Origin: Acidobacteriota bacterium
GTDB taxonomy: Bacteria > Acidobacteriota > UBA890 > WLXD01
Length of the DNA stretch: 64,000 nucleotides
Assembly (NCBI GenBank): GCA_963666055.2
Contig: CAXWPH010000015.1
Span: 1,952,001-2,016,000, forward strand
Direction of reading: 5' to 3'
The notes under the pieces were generated by a model, which saw only the letters and a program-made list of their open reading frames with translations, was not told the DNA's origin and ran no database searches. The stretch's first letter is position 1, and every line of letters begins with the position of its first letter. The translations under genes were made by a program, and so were the position numbers. This document shows, piece by piece, positions 53,606-63,897 of this stretch.

Positions 53606-55561
53606 TCACGACTCCTCTACAGAGATCACTTGGCCCTTGAGCTCGCGCAGTAGGTCCTGCACCAGCGGTTCACTCTCGGCTCGCTCCAGGAGCACGCTGG
53701 AAGCGCTCTGAACATCGTCTGTCGGCGTCCCGCCGCCGCTTGCGGAGGGGCGCTCCTGCGTCGGCGTCGTGGCCGGGCCCCCCGGGGTCGCTGCGGCGTC
53801 GGCTCCGCCTCTGGCTGCCGCGGAGCCGCGGGGGTCGCCATCGTCAAGCTCGACCCGCGCGGTCACCGACCTACCGGCCGCGGCGCTACAGGCTGCCGAC
53901 ACTGCCGGGAGAACCTGCGGGTCACGCACGCGCTGCGCGAAGATCTTGGCGCTCGACGGGAAGTGCAGGGTTACCGTGTGCTCGTCGAGTTCAATACCAC
54001 TGGTGCGCCCCAATACCTGGGCCACCAGTGGGTGCGTGGCCTCGAGCGACCGTTGAATCCTGCCCAGCAGATCGGCTTGATCGCCGCCGGCCGCCGTGAC
54101 GGGCACCGGTTCGCGAGCGCCCGCGGTAGCGGCGGCGGCGCTCACTGGCGGCGCATCGGGCTCTGGAGGCAGCGGAGGTTGCTCCTCTGTCGTCCGCGCA
54201 GCGGCCGGCGCTGGCGTGGTGGCTGGCAGGGGCCCAGTGGCTGGCACTGGCGTTGAGGCCGGCGTTGGCGCCGTCGTCGTCGGGGTCCCGGCCGATGTTG
54301 GCGCGGCCTGCTGGGTGCGGCCGGCGTCGCGAGACGACGATGAGTTGGCCGCGCCACGCCTCGAGCCTCGACCGCTCGGGGCGTTGCCCATGCTGCCGTC
54401 ACCGCGGTCGCCGGTTGGTGAGCGCACCGCGTCGATGAGATTCCGGATCGGTTCCAGGCTCGGCATTCGGGCGAGCCGCGACAGAACCACCTCGACGTGG
54501 TAGCGCGGCTGCTCGGCTACCTTGATCCGGTACTCGTTGGCCGCTAGCAACGAGAACGCTCGATCGAGGTCGTCGACCTCGAACTGCTCTGCCTGCTCAC
54601 GCAGGCGATCGATGTCGCTCGCCGGCAGATGCAGGATGTCGCGCGGATCCGCCACGCTGTGTACCACCAGCAGGTTCCGGAAGTGGCCCAGCAGATCGAT
54701 CGTGAACTGGTGCAGGTCGACGCCCTGTTCGACCATCTCGTTCACCAAACCCAGCACGCCGGCGATATCGCCGGCGGCCACCAAGTCGGTCGAGCGGAAG
54801 AGCAACATGCGGTCGACCAGCCCGAGCAAGTCGACCACGGTCGATTCGTCGATGCGGTTGCCGGCAAACGCGATCAGCTTGTCGAGCAGGCTCTGGGCGT
54901 CGCGCAAGCTGCCGTCTGCCGCCGCTGCGATCAGCGCCAGGCCGTCGGCCGATACGTCGATGCTCTCCGCCGTGGCGATGCGGCCGAGATGCGCGCCGAT
55001 CTCACGCTGGCTGATGCGCGCAAACTGATAGTGCTGGCAGCGCGACAGAATGGTCGGCAGAATCTTGTTGGGCTCGGTGGTCGCCAGCACGAAGACGATG
55101 TACTCCGGGGGCTCCTCCAGTACCTTCAATAGGGCATTGGATGCCTCGGTGGTGAGCATGTGAGCCTCGTCGAGGATCATCACCTTGTAGCGATCGCGCG
55201 ACGGCGCGTAGCGTGCGATCTCGATGAGCTCCTTCATCTCGTTGATGCCGCGGTCCGATGCCGCATCGCGCTCAAAAACGTCGAGCGCACGGCTGCCCAT
55301 GATCTCCAGGCATGATTCACACTCGCCGCAGGGCGTCGACGTTGGCGCCTCGCTGGCGCGACAGTTGAGGCCGCGGGCGAGCAACCGAGCCAGGGTTGTC
55401 TTGCCAACGCCGCGGATCCCCGAGAAGCAATAGGCGTGCGCCACCCGGCCCTGGTCGAGGGCGTTTACCAGCGTCTGGACGACCGCCCGCTGCCCGACGA
55501 CACTCTCGAATTGTTGCGGACGCCACTTGCGGGCGAGCACCTGATAGTTCTGTCGAGCCAT
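53606..55561 (-). CDS. dnaX: DNA polymerase III subunit gamma/tau
   Basis: LARKWRPQ.F..VVGQ, GIRGVGKTT, PCGECESC, DEAHML, ILSRCQ; long Pro/Ala/Thr linker. Confidence 0.98.
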   Translation of the reverse strand: MARQNYQVLARKWRPQQFESVVGQRAVVQTLVNALDQGRVAHAYCFSGIRGVGKTTLARLLARGLNCRASEAPTSTPCGECESCLEIMGSRALDVFERDAASDRGINEMKELIEIARYAPSRDRYKVMILDEAHMLTTEASNALLKVLEEPPEYIVFVLATTEPNKILPTILSRCQHYQFARISQREIGAHLGRIATAESIDVSADGLALIAAAADGSLRDAQSLLDKLIAFAGNRIDESTVVDLLGLVDRMLLFRSTDLVAAGDIAGVLGLVNEMVEQGVDLHQFTIDLLGHFRNLLVVHSVADPRDILHLPASDIDRLREQAEQFEVDDLDRAFSLLAANEYRIKVAEQPRYHVEVVLSRLARMPSLEPIRNLIDAVRSPTGDRGDGSMGNAPSGRGSRRGAANSSSSRDAGRTQQAAPTSAGTPTTTAPTPASTPVPATGPLPATTPAPAAARTTEEQPPLPPEPDAPPVSAAAATAGAREPVPVTAAGGDQADLLGRIQRSLEATHPLVAQVLGRTSGIELDEHTVTLHFPSSAKIFAQRVRDPQVLPAVSAACSAAAGRSVTARVELDDGDPRGSAAARGGADAAATPGGPATTPTQERPSASGGGTPTDDVQSASSVLLERAESEPLVQDLLRELKGQVISVEES

Positions 55562-55636
55562 ACACTTACCGGAAAATAGAGCAAATTACGGCAACATACC
55601 ACCACGGCTACCGCGTTTCCTACGACGCCCACAACG

Positions 55637-55747
55637 AGACGAACGCCGGGTGATCCTGCGGCACCTGCAGGTGCCCGCTTAGCGCTGCTCCCTTCCGGGC
55701 CTGACGCGGTTCACGAGTCTGCACCGCACAGGGCCCGGCGCCGCCCC
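55637..55747 (-). ncRNA. ffs: Small SRP RNA (4.5S)
   Basis: GTGAACCGCGTCAGGCCCGGAAGGGAGCAGC domain IV motif inside a long stem; conserved position upstream of dnaX; ends approximate. Confidence 0.92.
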
Positions 55748-56100
55748 AAGACGCTGACGGCGGCGACTCACCGCCGAAATCGTGTCGATCCACCCGGCCG
55801 CAGCGGAGCGAGAGCGGCGCCGCGCCACAGCCGAGGTGCCGATGGTGCCACGCGAGCCGGAGGGCCAGCAAGCGAGCACCCGCCCGGTCGGATACACAGC
55901 CCTGTGATGTGCAGCGCGGCAGGTCCGTTGGCTACAGGCTGCTTGAGGAAACGGATCCGGACGCGTCCAGCATTGAGCCGGAGCCCGGCAATCGTATCCG
56001 CCTCGCGCCGGAACTGCACCGTTCCGGAGGGCCCGGAGAATTTGTCGGGTCCGAGGCGTTGGAGTGTTGCCGGGGGTCGACCGGCCCGACCAAGTGGACA

Positions 56101-56190
<90 letters not shown>

Positions 56191-56254
56191 ACGAGAAACG
56201 GATGCCGCTCATCCTAGCAGGCAGTGGTGCAGGTGCACCGGCGTCCCGGCCGTT

Positions 56255-57397
56255 TCAGACGGTGCCGATGTTGCGTGCCGCCGGGATCCCGTCGAGCGCG
56301 GTGGCTTGGGTTATCGCGTCGACGACCGCATTGGCCACCGCGGCCGCCGCTGCCGCGTCGATTCGGTCGAGATCACTGGTCGAGCTGACCGCTCTGCCCC
56401 GATTGGTGGCGAGCGCGAACAGCGTGTCGCCGTCAAAGATCGTGTGTGCTGGGACAACGGCGCGTGCCAGCCCGTCATGTGCCACCGACGCCAACCGGTT
56501 GCACTGCGCCTTGCTGAGCGTACGGTTGGTTGCCACGATCCCGATCGCGGTGTTCTGCCCGGCGGATCCACTGCTCGCGCCGCCCGGATGCAGCAACGCA
56601 GCCTCGGTGTCGCGCAGCGTGCGGCCGTTGCTGGCGAGCGCGCCCGCGATCAGCGTCCCACTACGAGGGTCCCGTACGTCGCCACGGCTGTTCACCGCAA
56701 TCAGGGCGGCAACCACCGTCCCGTCATCGAAACGGAAGCCGGCGCTTCCTAGTCCCCCCTTCATGCGGCCGCTGCCGAGCATCTTGCCAATCGTAGCGCC
56801 GGCACCAGCGCCGACATTGCCTCGCACCACGGGGCCAGCGGTGGCGACCCTGCAGGCGGCGTACCCGTCGGCAGCGGTCGGCGCATTGCTTCCACCCCCG
56901 ACACCGAGGTCGTAGAGCACCGCGGCGGGCACGATCGGTACTATCTGGCCACCGAACTCCAGGCCAACGCCGGTTTCCAGCAAGCGCCGTACGACGCCGT
57001 CGGCGGTGGCGAGTCCGGGCGCGCTGCCGCCGGTAAGGACGATGGCGTGCACGTGATTGACCGCGCTCTCGGATCGCAGCAGATCGGTCTCCCGCGTTCC
57101 TGGTGCGGCGCCGCGCACCGCCACGCCTCCCGTGGCTCCATCAGGGGTTACCACGACTGTGCATCCGGTCGGGCGATCGCTACGGGTAGTCTGACCTACG
57201 AGCACGCCGGCAACGTCGGTGAGGGTGATGGCGCCGGTCTGACCGTTGCCGTATCGGGCGGCCGCGCCGCCGCCACCCTGTACACCCGAACGCCCGCCGT
57301 ACCAGGTACCCGCGGCCGGTGCGGTCGGCCAGGCGCTGTTCCCGGCGGGCACCAACGACGCGAGCATGAGCGACAGTTGGCGACGGTTCCACTTCAT
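56255..57397 (-). CDS. P1/DmpA-family (S58) peptidase
   Basis: LTDVAGVLVG, TGCTV, RGAAPGTRETDLL, LTGGSA.GL, GNVGAGAGA, NTAIG, HT.FDGD. Confidence 0.9.
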   Translation of the reverse strand: MKWNRRQLSLMLASLVPAGNSAWPTAPAAGTWYGGRSGVQGGGGAAARYGNGQTGAITLTDVAGVLVGQTTRSDRPTGCTVVVTPDGATGGVAVRGAAPGTRETDLLRSESAVNHVHAIVLTGGSAPGLATADGVVRRLLETGVGLEFGGQIVPIVPAAVLYDLGVGGGSNAPTAADGYAACRVATAGPVVRGNVGAGAGATIGKMLGSGRMKGGLGSAGFRFDDGTVVAALIAVNSRGDVRDPRSGTLIAGALASNGRTLRDTEAALLHPGGASSGSAGQNTAIGIVATNRTLSKAQCNRLASVAHDGLARAVVPAHTIFDGDTLFALATNRGRAVSSTSDLDRIDAAAAAAVANAVVDAITQATALDGIPAARNIGTV

Positions 57398-57433
57398 GTC
57401 GATCACATTAGCAGGTCGTGTACCCTCAAGGCC

Positions 57434-58611
57434 GTGCGCATCCTCTACGTCGCCGCGGGCACCCCGATCCCGGGTACGCATGGTGGCAGCGTGCACGCGC
57501 TGCAGCTGTGGCGCGGTCTCGCTGCGGCCGGCAACGAGGTACACCTCGTCGCCCAGCCGCCAGATCGCGACGACGACCCCACGGCAGACCTCGGCGTGGT
57601 CCTGCACCCGCTGTCGCGTCGCCCGCGGCCGGCGCAACTCGAGTGGACGCTGTGGCGCCAGGTCAGACGCATTGCACGCCGCGTCGGGCCCGATGTGGTC
57701 GTCGAGCGCTTCTACACCTTCGGAGGCACCGGCCTGTTGGCGGCGCGGGCGATCGGCGTGCCGGCGGTGTTGGAGATCAACTCGCCAGCGCGTCCGTATC
57801 CGGGATCATTACGCGACCGTCTCGACGCGCTGACCCTGATCCGTCCGGTTCACCGCTGGCGGCAGTGGCAACTGGCCGCCGCCAGCCGCTACTACACCAC
57901 CGGCGCCATGTTGCTCCCGCAGAGCCTGCTTCGCCGCACCACCGTCATCGTCAACGGCGTTGATTGCCAGCGGATCCAGCCTGGCGAGCCGCTGTCCGAT
58001 ACCGGATCGCTGCGCTGCGTGTACGTCAGCAGCTTTCGTGCCTGGCACGGGGCAGTCGACCTGGTGAGCGCGACGATCGACGCGATCGCTGCGGGAGCCG
58101 ACCTGCACCTCACCTGCATTGGTAGGGGTCCAACCTGGGAGGAGGCGCGCGCCGTTTGGCGAGCTGTTCGACCGCCGCCGAGCGCATCGTCTTCACAGGT
58201 CAGGTGCCGCATGCCGAGATCCCCCAGCACCTTGCCTCCTCCGACGTAGGCATCGCGCCGTTCAGCCCACGCCACTTCCGCGCCCTCGAGCTCGGCTGGT
58301 TTTGGTCGCCCATCAAGATTTTCGAGTACCTCGCTGCCGGGCTTCCGGTGGTAACGGCGGACATTCCCGAGCTCCACGATCTGCTTCCGGAGACCGTGGC
58401 GCGCTTCTACCCTGCCGACGACGCGACGGCGCTGGCGCAGCTGTTGACCGATATCGCCGGGCAACGCGCGGAGCTCCGCCGGGCCTCGATCGACGCGAGA
58501 CAGCTTGCCGAGGAGCGCTATACCTGGGGCCGGCAGGCCGCGGCGGTCGACGCCGTGCTCGCCGAGGCGATCGCCGACCACGGCCTGCTAGCACGCCATG
58601 GACGATTGTAG
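57434..58611 (+). CDS. GT4-family glycosyltransferase (frameshift near 58156)
   Basis: RILYV...GGSVH, LEINSP, NGVD, SFRAWHG, SPIKIFEYLAAGLPVV, YTW. Confidence 0.85.
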
Positions 58612-58616
58612 GCGCG

Positions 58617-60425
58617 ATGGTAGACTCCGCCGGCATGACCGGGGAGATGCTGATCGTCGTCGGCGTGCTTCTGGCAGCCCTCGTCCTGTGGGTGACCGAG
58701 TGGCTGCCTATCGACCTCGTGGCGCTGTGCATACCCGTCGTGCTGATGCTCACCCGGGTGCTGGAGCCTGCCGCTGCCGTGGCGGGATTCGCCAGCACGG
58801 CGCTACTCACCGTGGCGTCGGTTCTCGTCGTCTCGGACGGCCTGACGCGAACTGGCGTGATTACCTACGTGGGCAAGCGCATCATCCAGTTTGCCCGCGG
58901 CGACGAGCGTCGCCTGCTGTTCGCCGTGATGGTCACCATGGCGGTGTTTTCGGGCTTCATCAACAACACTGCCGTGGTGGCGATGTTCCTGCCGATGATG
59001 TTAGGAGTGGCGAAAGAGTTCGAGATCCCGCCCTCGAAGCTGCTCATTCCGCTGTCGTTCGCCTCGATTCTCGGGGGCACGACCAGCCTGATCGGGACGT
59101 CGACGAACATCCTCGTTCACGGTCTCATGGAAGAGCACGGGATACGCGGCATCGGTCTATTCGAGATCACCCCCATGGGGCTGATCTATGCGGCCGTCGG
59201 CCTTGCCTACATGTACTGGATAGGCCGCCATTTGTTGCCGGATCGTGGCCACGCTACGTCGTACTTACAGAGTCAGCGCGGCGCCGCCGAGTACATGACC
59301 GAGGTGCAGGTGCCGGTGGGCTCCAAGCTCATCGGGCACGCGGTCGACGATGCCCTGCAGGCCGCCCATCCGGAAGTTCGCCTGCTGCAGATCATCAGGG
59401 GCGATGCGTTGTTCTGGCCGCCGCTCGACAAGGTGATCATCGAGGCAGGGGACGTGTTTTTGCTCAAGGGAGACGTCAACCAGCTGCTCGCCCTCTACAA
59501 AGAGAAGGGGCTGGAGCTGCTTCCCGGCTTGAAGGCGGAGGCGATTCGGTACGCGGTGAAGGAAATGGCGCTTGCCGAGGCCGTGATCACCCCGAACTCG
59601 CGGCTCATCGGCAGGTCGCTGAGCGAGATCAACTTCCGACAGCACTACGGCGCCTCGGTGATGGCGCTGCAGCGCCACGGCGACCATCTGCGCGAGGGGC
59701 TTCCCACCGTCAGGCTGCGCGTCGGCGATGTGTTGCTGGTGATGGCCGACCGGGTCGATATCCAGCGCCTCATGACCTACGACGAGTTCCTGGTGCTGGA
59801 GGGCGTACAGGAGGTCGTCGTCAACCGTGAAAAAGCGCCCATAGCGGTGGGCCTGGTGCTCGGGCTGGTCGTGCTCGGCGGCGTTACCGACGTTCCCATC
59901 ATGACGCTGGCGATGGTATCCGCGGTGCTCATGGTGCTCACTCGTTGCGTGTCCATGCGGCAGGCCTACGCGGCGCTCGATCTATCGGTGCTGATGTTGA
60001 TCGGCGGCGCCATCGCGCTCGGTCGGGCGATGGAGCAGACGGGCGCGGCGGCGTTTCTCGCCGAGGCCGTCGTCGGCGCCGTGGGCCAGTACGGTCCGGT
60101 CGTGGTGCTGTCGGGTATCTACCTGATGACGGTGGTGTTCACCGAGCTCATGTCGAACGCCGCGGCGGCTGTGCTCATGGTGCCCATCGCGTTAGGCGTG
60201 GCCACCAACCTGGGCGTCGACCCGCGGCCGTTTGCTATCGCCGTCGCGTTCGCCGGCTCGGCAGCGTTCTCGACGCCAATCGGCTATCAGACCAACACCC
60301 TGGTGTACGGTCCGGGTGGTTATCATTTCCTCGATTACACGCGCGTCGGGCTGCCGCTGAACATCATCCTCTGGCTGCTGGCGACGTGGCTGATTCCTTT
60401 TTTTTGGCCGTTGGTTCCCGCCTGA
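58617..60425 (+). CDS. SLC13-family permease with two TrkA-C domains
   Basis: SGFINNTAVVA, GGTTSLIGTSTN, two TrkA-C repeats, TELMSNAAAA, TPIGYQTN.LVYGPGGY. Confidence 0.92.
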   Translation: MVDSAGMTGEMLIVVGVLLAALVLWVTEWLPIDLVALCIPVVLMLTRVLEPAAAVAGFASTALLTVASVLVVSDGLTRTGVITYVGKRIIQFARGDERRLLFAVMVTMAVFSGFINNTAVVAMFLPMMLGVAKEFEIPPSKLLIPLSFASILGGTTSLIGTSTNILVHGLMEEHGIRGIGLFEITPMGLIYAAVGLAYMYWIGRHLLPDRGHATSYLQSQRGAAEYMTEVQVPVGSKLIGHAVDDALQAAHPEVRLLQIIRGDALFWPPLDKVIIEAGDVFLLKGDVNQLLALYKEKGLELLPGLKAEAIRYAVKEMALAEAVITPNSRLIGRSLSEINFRQHYGASVMALQRHGDHLREGLPTVRLRVGDVLLVMADRVDIQRLMTYDEFLVLEGVQEVVVNREKAPIAVGLVLGLVVLGGVTDVPIMTLAMVSAVLMVLTRCVSMRQAYAALDLSVLMLIGGAIALGRAMEQTGAAAFLAEAVVGAVGQYGPVVVLSGIYLMTVVFTELMSNAAAAVLMVPIALGVATNLGVDPRPFAIAVAFAGSAAFSTPIGYQTNTLVYGPGGYHFLDYTRVGLPLNIILWLLATWLIPFFWPLVPA

Positions 60426-60579
60426 GGCGCCGTCCGCCGGAGGGGTCAACAGGCCGCAACCGGCGGGTACGGCGGGTGTACACTGTGGCTATCGCTCGGC
60501 CTTGGCGGTCGCGTCCGACAAGGCAGGCTGCCGGCGGCCGTCCCATCATCAGAGAGCTCCAATCGAGGAGGAGGACTCC

Positions 60580-61350
60580 ATGAACCCTCGTTCCTTGCGC
60601 GTTGTTGTCATCGCTCTTTGCGGCGGCCTCGTGCTCGCCGCCGCCCCGGCGCTTCAACGAGACCTGGCGGTCTCGTTTACGGTTACCAACGCCGACGAAG
60701 GCACCAACACCATGAAGGCGACGATCGGTGGCGAGCATTCGCGCCTCGACATGGACGGGGTGTCGATCATCTGGGGACCGGTCGCCTGGATCATGGTCCA
60801 GCACCAGCAGAAGATGTTCATCCGGTTCACCAAGGAGATGATGGAGCGCATGCGGCAGATGATGGAGCGGATGCCGTTACAGATGCGCCGCGGCAACATG
60901 CCCGATCCCGACGACTTCGACCCGACCTCCTTCTCCTTTCGCCGTACCGGTGCCACCGATACGGTGACCACCAACACGGGCGCGAAACACAGCGTGTTCG
61001 AGGTCGAGATGAACGGGGCGGACGGCCAGCTCGCCTCGCTATGGCTGTCGACCTCTGCCGAGGTCGGCCTGTTCGAGGTCTGGAGCCGACTGGCAGAGCA
61101 CCTCTCGGAGGTCGCTGGACCGATGATGGGCGGTGGCCCCGGGGGGCGGAATCCCATGGCAGGCATGGCCGAGTATCTGCAGCTGGCGCGGGCCCGCGGG
61201 CTGCCCGACGGCCGCGTGCTACGGATGGACTCCGAAGATGGCGTCAGCATGGTGGTCGACGGCTGGGAGTACGGGCCGTTCGAGGGCAACTGGAAGGAAG
61301 CGCCGACGACCTATCGCGAGCAGAAGATGCCGATGATGCAGCGTCCGTAG
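60580..61350 (+). CDS. Exported Met-rich hypothetical protein (DUF4412-like)
   Basis: Strong RBS GAGGAGG, signal peptide, RLDM..., TGATDTV, LWLS pattern. Confidence 0.6.
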   Translation: MNPRSLRVVVIALCGGLVLAAAPALQRDLAVSFTVTNADEGTNTMKATIGGEHSRLDMDGVSIIWGPVAWIMVQHQQKMFIRFTKEMMERMRQMMERMPLQMRRGNMPDPDDFDPTSFSFRRTGATDTVTTNTGAKHSVFEVEMNGADGQLASLWLSTSAEVGLFEVWSRLAEHLSEVAGPMMGGGPGGRNPMAGMAEYLQLARARGLPDGRVLRMDSEDGVSMVVDGWEYGPFEGNWKEAPTTYREQKMPMMQRP

Positions 61351-61393
61351 TGAGGTACTGACGATCGCCAACAAGACGCTGCAATCGGCTCCC

Positions 61394-61753
61394 TTGGGCG
61401 ACGCTCCGGAAAGCGACGAGCTGTTCGATCTGCTCGCCCTGTGCACCGAGGCGAAGAGGTTGGGTCGGGCGCGCCGCGAGGCGGGCAAGGTGCAGTTCCT
61501 CACCGCGGGGCCCGATCTCTGGATTGCTGCTGCCAGCGCCTACAACGTGGTGCTCGATACGTCGGCCAAGCGCGTGCAGCACGGCTGCCGAGACTTCCTC
61601 GGGCAGGCGCGCGAGCGCCGGCTCTGCAAGCACGTGGCGGCGTTGTTGTTGGCGATCGATCGAGACGTCGCGCTGGAGGTGCTGCGCGGCCTGACCGTGC
61701 CCTATGGGGAGTGGCACCTCGAGGTCATCGCCGCGCGTGGCTTCAAAAACTGA
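61394..61753 (+). CDS. Small SWIM zinc-finger-like protein
   Basis: YNVVLD...HGCRDF.......LCKHVAALLL; start uncertain. Confidence 0.65.
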   Translation: MGDAPESDELFDLLALCTEAKRLGRARREAGKVQFLTAGPDLWIAAASAYNVVLDTSAKRVQHGCRDFLGQARERRLCKHVAALLLAIDRDVALEVLRGLTVPYGEWHLEVIAARGFKN

Positions 61754-61912
61754 GGGGCGCGAGCCGGATTGTCAGGGGCCACTCTTGGCGCGGTTCGCCG
61801 TCGACATCCGGTGGGTTGACAAGCCCAGCGTCGGCAGGGAGAGTGATTTTGGTTGCTCCATGATCCCTAATCTACTCTCCCTGCTCGAAATCTCCAGGTT
61901 TCCGAAGGAGGA

Positions 61913-62442
61913 ATGAATGAGGTCCTAGGCTGTTGATCGCGGCGCTGATGATCGCAGTGCTGGCCACGGCCGGGGCGGCCCAAGCTCAGACGAGCAGCAA
62001 CATATTTACCGGGAAGATTGCGCCCGGGATCACCAAGAAGTTCTCGTTCACGTCGACCGAATCGATCATTATCGGCGTCAAGGTCACCGTGTTCGCCAAG
62101 ACCGACGTCGGTATCTCGGTTGTCGACGTCACGAACGATGGCGACGCCGAAGACGATGACCGGATGATCGGCGATTTCGCCTCCGGCGTGTTGCGCATGG
62201 AGGAGGGCGTCATCAGCGTTGGTGGTGGGCGCAAGATCGCTGTTTGCGTTACCAGCGTAAGCGGTCCCAACTCGCGCTACGTGATTCAGTTCTACACGTT
62301 GGCCGAGACCGGGATCGACAAGGGACCATCCTCGGTCCAGGTGCGTGAAACGGGAGAGTTCTCGGTCGACCAGCGGGCGTCCGACCCCCGGACCGCGCGG
62401 CTGCAGGAGATTCTGAAGCAACGTCGTCGCGTCAAGAGATGA
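61913..62442 (+). CDS. Exported hypothetical protein (start probably frameshifted)
   Basis: RBS AGGAGG then ATG at 61913 is out of frame with the ORF from 61933, which has a signal peptide ending AQA and a beta-rich body. Confidence 0.55.
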
Positions 62443-62467
62443 TCCGCCACGAATCCTGATGCGCGGA

Positions 62468-62500
62468 CGGGGACGGCCCGGCGCCGTTCCCGGTTTCTTT
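62468..62500 (+). terminator. Rho-independent terminator
   Basis: 10-bp stem CGGGGACGGC/GCCGTTCCCG followed by GTTTCTTT. Confidence 0.75.
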
Positions 62501-62512
62501 GTTCGCGCCCTA

Positions 62513-63049
62513 TCAAGGCGCAGGAATGTCTGAGCCGATCGCCAAGCGGCGAGAGATCTCGGGCGCCAGCTCGCGCCAGGGCCGCAATGGACACCTACGG
62601 ATCTCGATCTCGTGGCCATCGAAAATCACTTCGGCCACGCCGGGAACGTTGTACAGATCCTCCGCCAAGGGGTGCTCGAGCGCCTGTCGCTTGCCTTCAT
62701 AAACGCGGCGCGTCAGGAAGGTGCCGTGCCAGGCAAAGCGGCGACACCGAGATTCGCCCTCGATGAGATCAGACAGCTGCTCGATGTCGAGGCCGGCGCA
62801 GAGGATGCGCTCGAACGGCCGCATGATGCCGCCCCAGCGGGCTTCCTTGTGTTTCTGCAGCCGGACCTTGTAGGCGTTGAGCGACAGGACGCGCACCCCT
62901 GGAAGCTCGAGGACGGCGCGCATCCACCCCGCCGTCGGCGGCGTCGAGCCGGCGAGAAAGGTCTCGACGATTTCGTCGGTCAGCAGGGAATCGGTATGGA
63001 TGATCAGAGCGTGAGGGTTCGGTGGGAACTCGCGTACGGCGTTCATCAA
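62513..63049 (-). CDS. Tandem Nfu/NifU N-terminal-domain protein
   Basis: PNPHAL...LELPGVR.L.....VRLQK....W and HPLAEDLYNVPGVAEV.......I.R....W..L. Confidence 0.65.
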   Translation of the reverse strand: MMNAVREFPPNPHALIIHTDSLLTDEIVETFLAGSTPPTAGWMRAVLELPGVRVLSLNAYKVRLQKHKEARWGGIMRPFERILCAGLDIEQLSDLIEGESRCRRFAWHGTFLTRRVYEGKRQALEHPLAEDLYNVPGVAEVIFDGHEIEIRRCPLRPWRELAPEISRRLAIGSDIPAP

Positions 63050-63152
63050 ATGCCCCGATAAATCGTGGGCTCGCTGGCGCGCCGGTACGGAAGGCGTACT
63101 TACTTGACGTTAGCAAATCGCCCCGTCTCGATACAAGGACAGCCTCGATCGC

Positions 63153-63686
63153 TCAGGCGGTGTCGAACAACCCGGAGATCTTGTCGAGGATCTTCCAGGC
63201 GAAGTGGTCGGCCCGTTGCGGCTCCAGACGATGTAGTCGAGCCAGCACGGCGCCGCGCCACGCCAGCGCCTGCGCCGGATTCGCGCCGAGCACCCGCACC
63301 AAGGGCAACAGAGGTATCTCCAGCACCACCGAGTCCTCCCTGGCGGTTGCCGAATAACGACGTGCCTCCTCGCCCAGCAGCACCACGTCACCGAACGACG
63401 CGTACGGCGCCACGATGTCGTAGGAGGTGTGGCCGCCGGCTTTCTCGAACCGCTCCATCTGGAGGGAACCATCCAGCAACAGGTACACCGAGTCGGCTTG
63501 CTCGCCCTGGGCGTACAGGCGTTCCTCTGCGTGTACCAATCGGCATTCGGCGAGCCTCGAGAGTCCGACGAGGGCCTTGGTGCTGAGATCGTTGAGGTGA
63601 GAGCAGTTGCCCAGCAGCAGCGGGCTGACCCCAGTTACCGCGGCTGACGGGAACTCTGTGCGTAGCTGGTTCATCGAGTTGCTCAC
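63153..63686 (-). CDS. Stand-alone cyclic nucleotide-binding domain protein
   Basis: LYAQGEQADSVYLLLDGSL...FGDVVLL....RYSATA; no CRP HTH; GTG start after AGGAGA. Confidence 0.8.
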   Translation of the reverse strand: MSNSMNQLRTEFPSAAVTGVSPLLLGNCSHLNDLSTKALVGLSRLAECRLVHAEERLYAQGEQADSVYLLLDGSLQMERFEKAGGHTSYDIVAPYASFGDVVLLGEEARRYSATAREDSVVLEIPLLPLVRVLGANPAQALAWRGAVLARLHRLEPQRADHFAWKILDKISGLFDTA

Positions 63687-63897
63687 TTGCGTCTCTCCTG
63701 CGTCCCGCTCGGAGGGGTGGCCGGCAGGATCTCTAACGTCTTCTTCGCCGCGGCCAGCGATTTGGTTTCGCCGAGGCCGAGGTGCCAGCGGCAAGCTACG
63801 TCGCGACAACTCGACCGGGCGACCGCCAAAGGCCATAATCCCGATGGCGCGATGTCGGTATTGGCGCGCCTCCAACGAGAACGTCAAGGGGAACCTC

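Noticed and set aside
53606-55561. Programmed -1 frameshift or slippage in dnaX
   Set aside because: No A-AAA-AAG heptamer or long A/T run seen; the frame is continuous.
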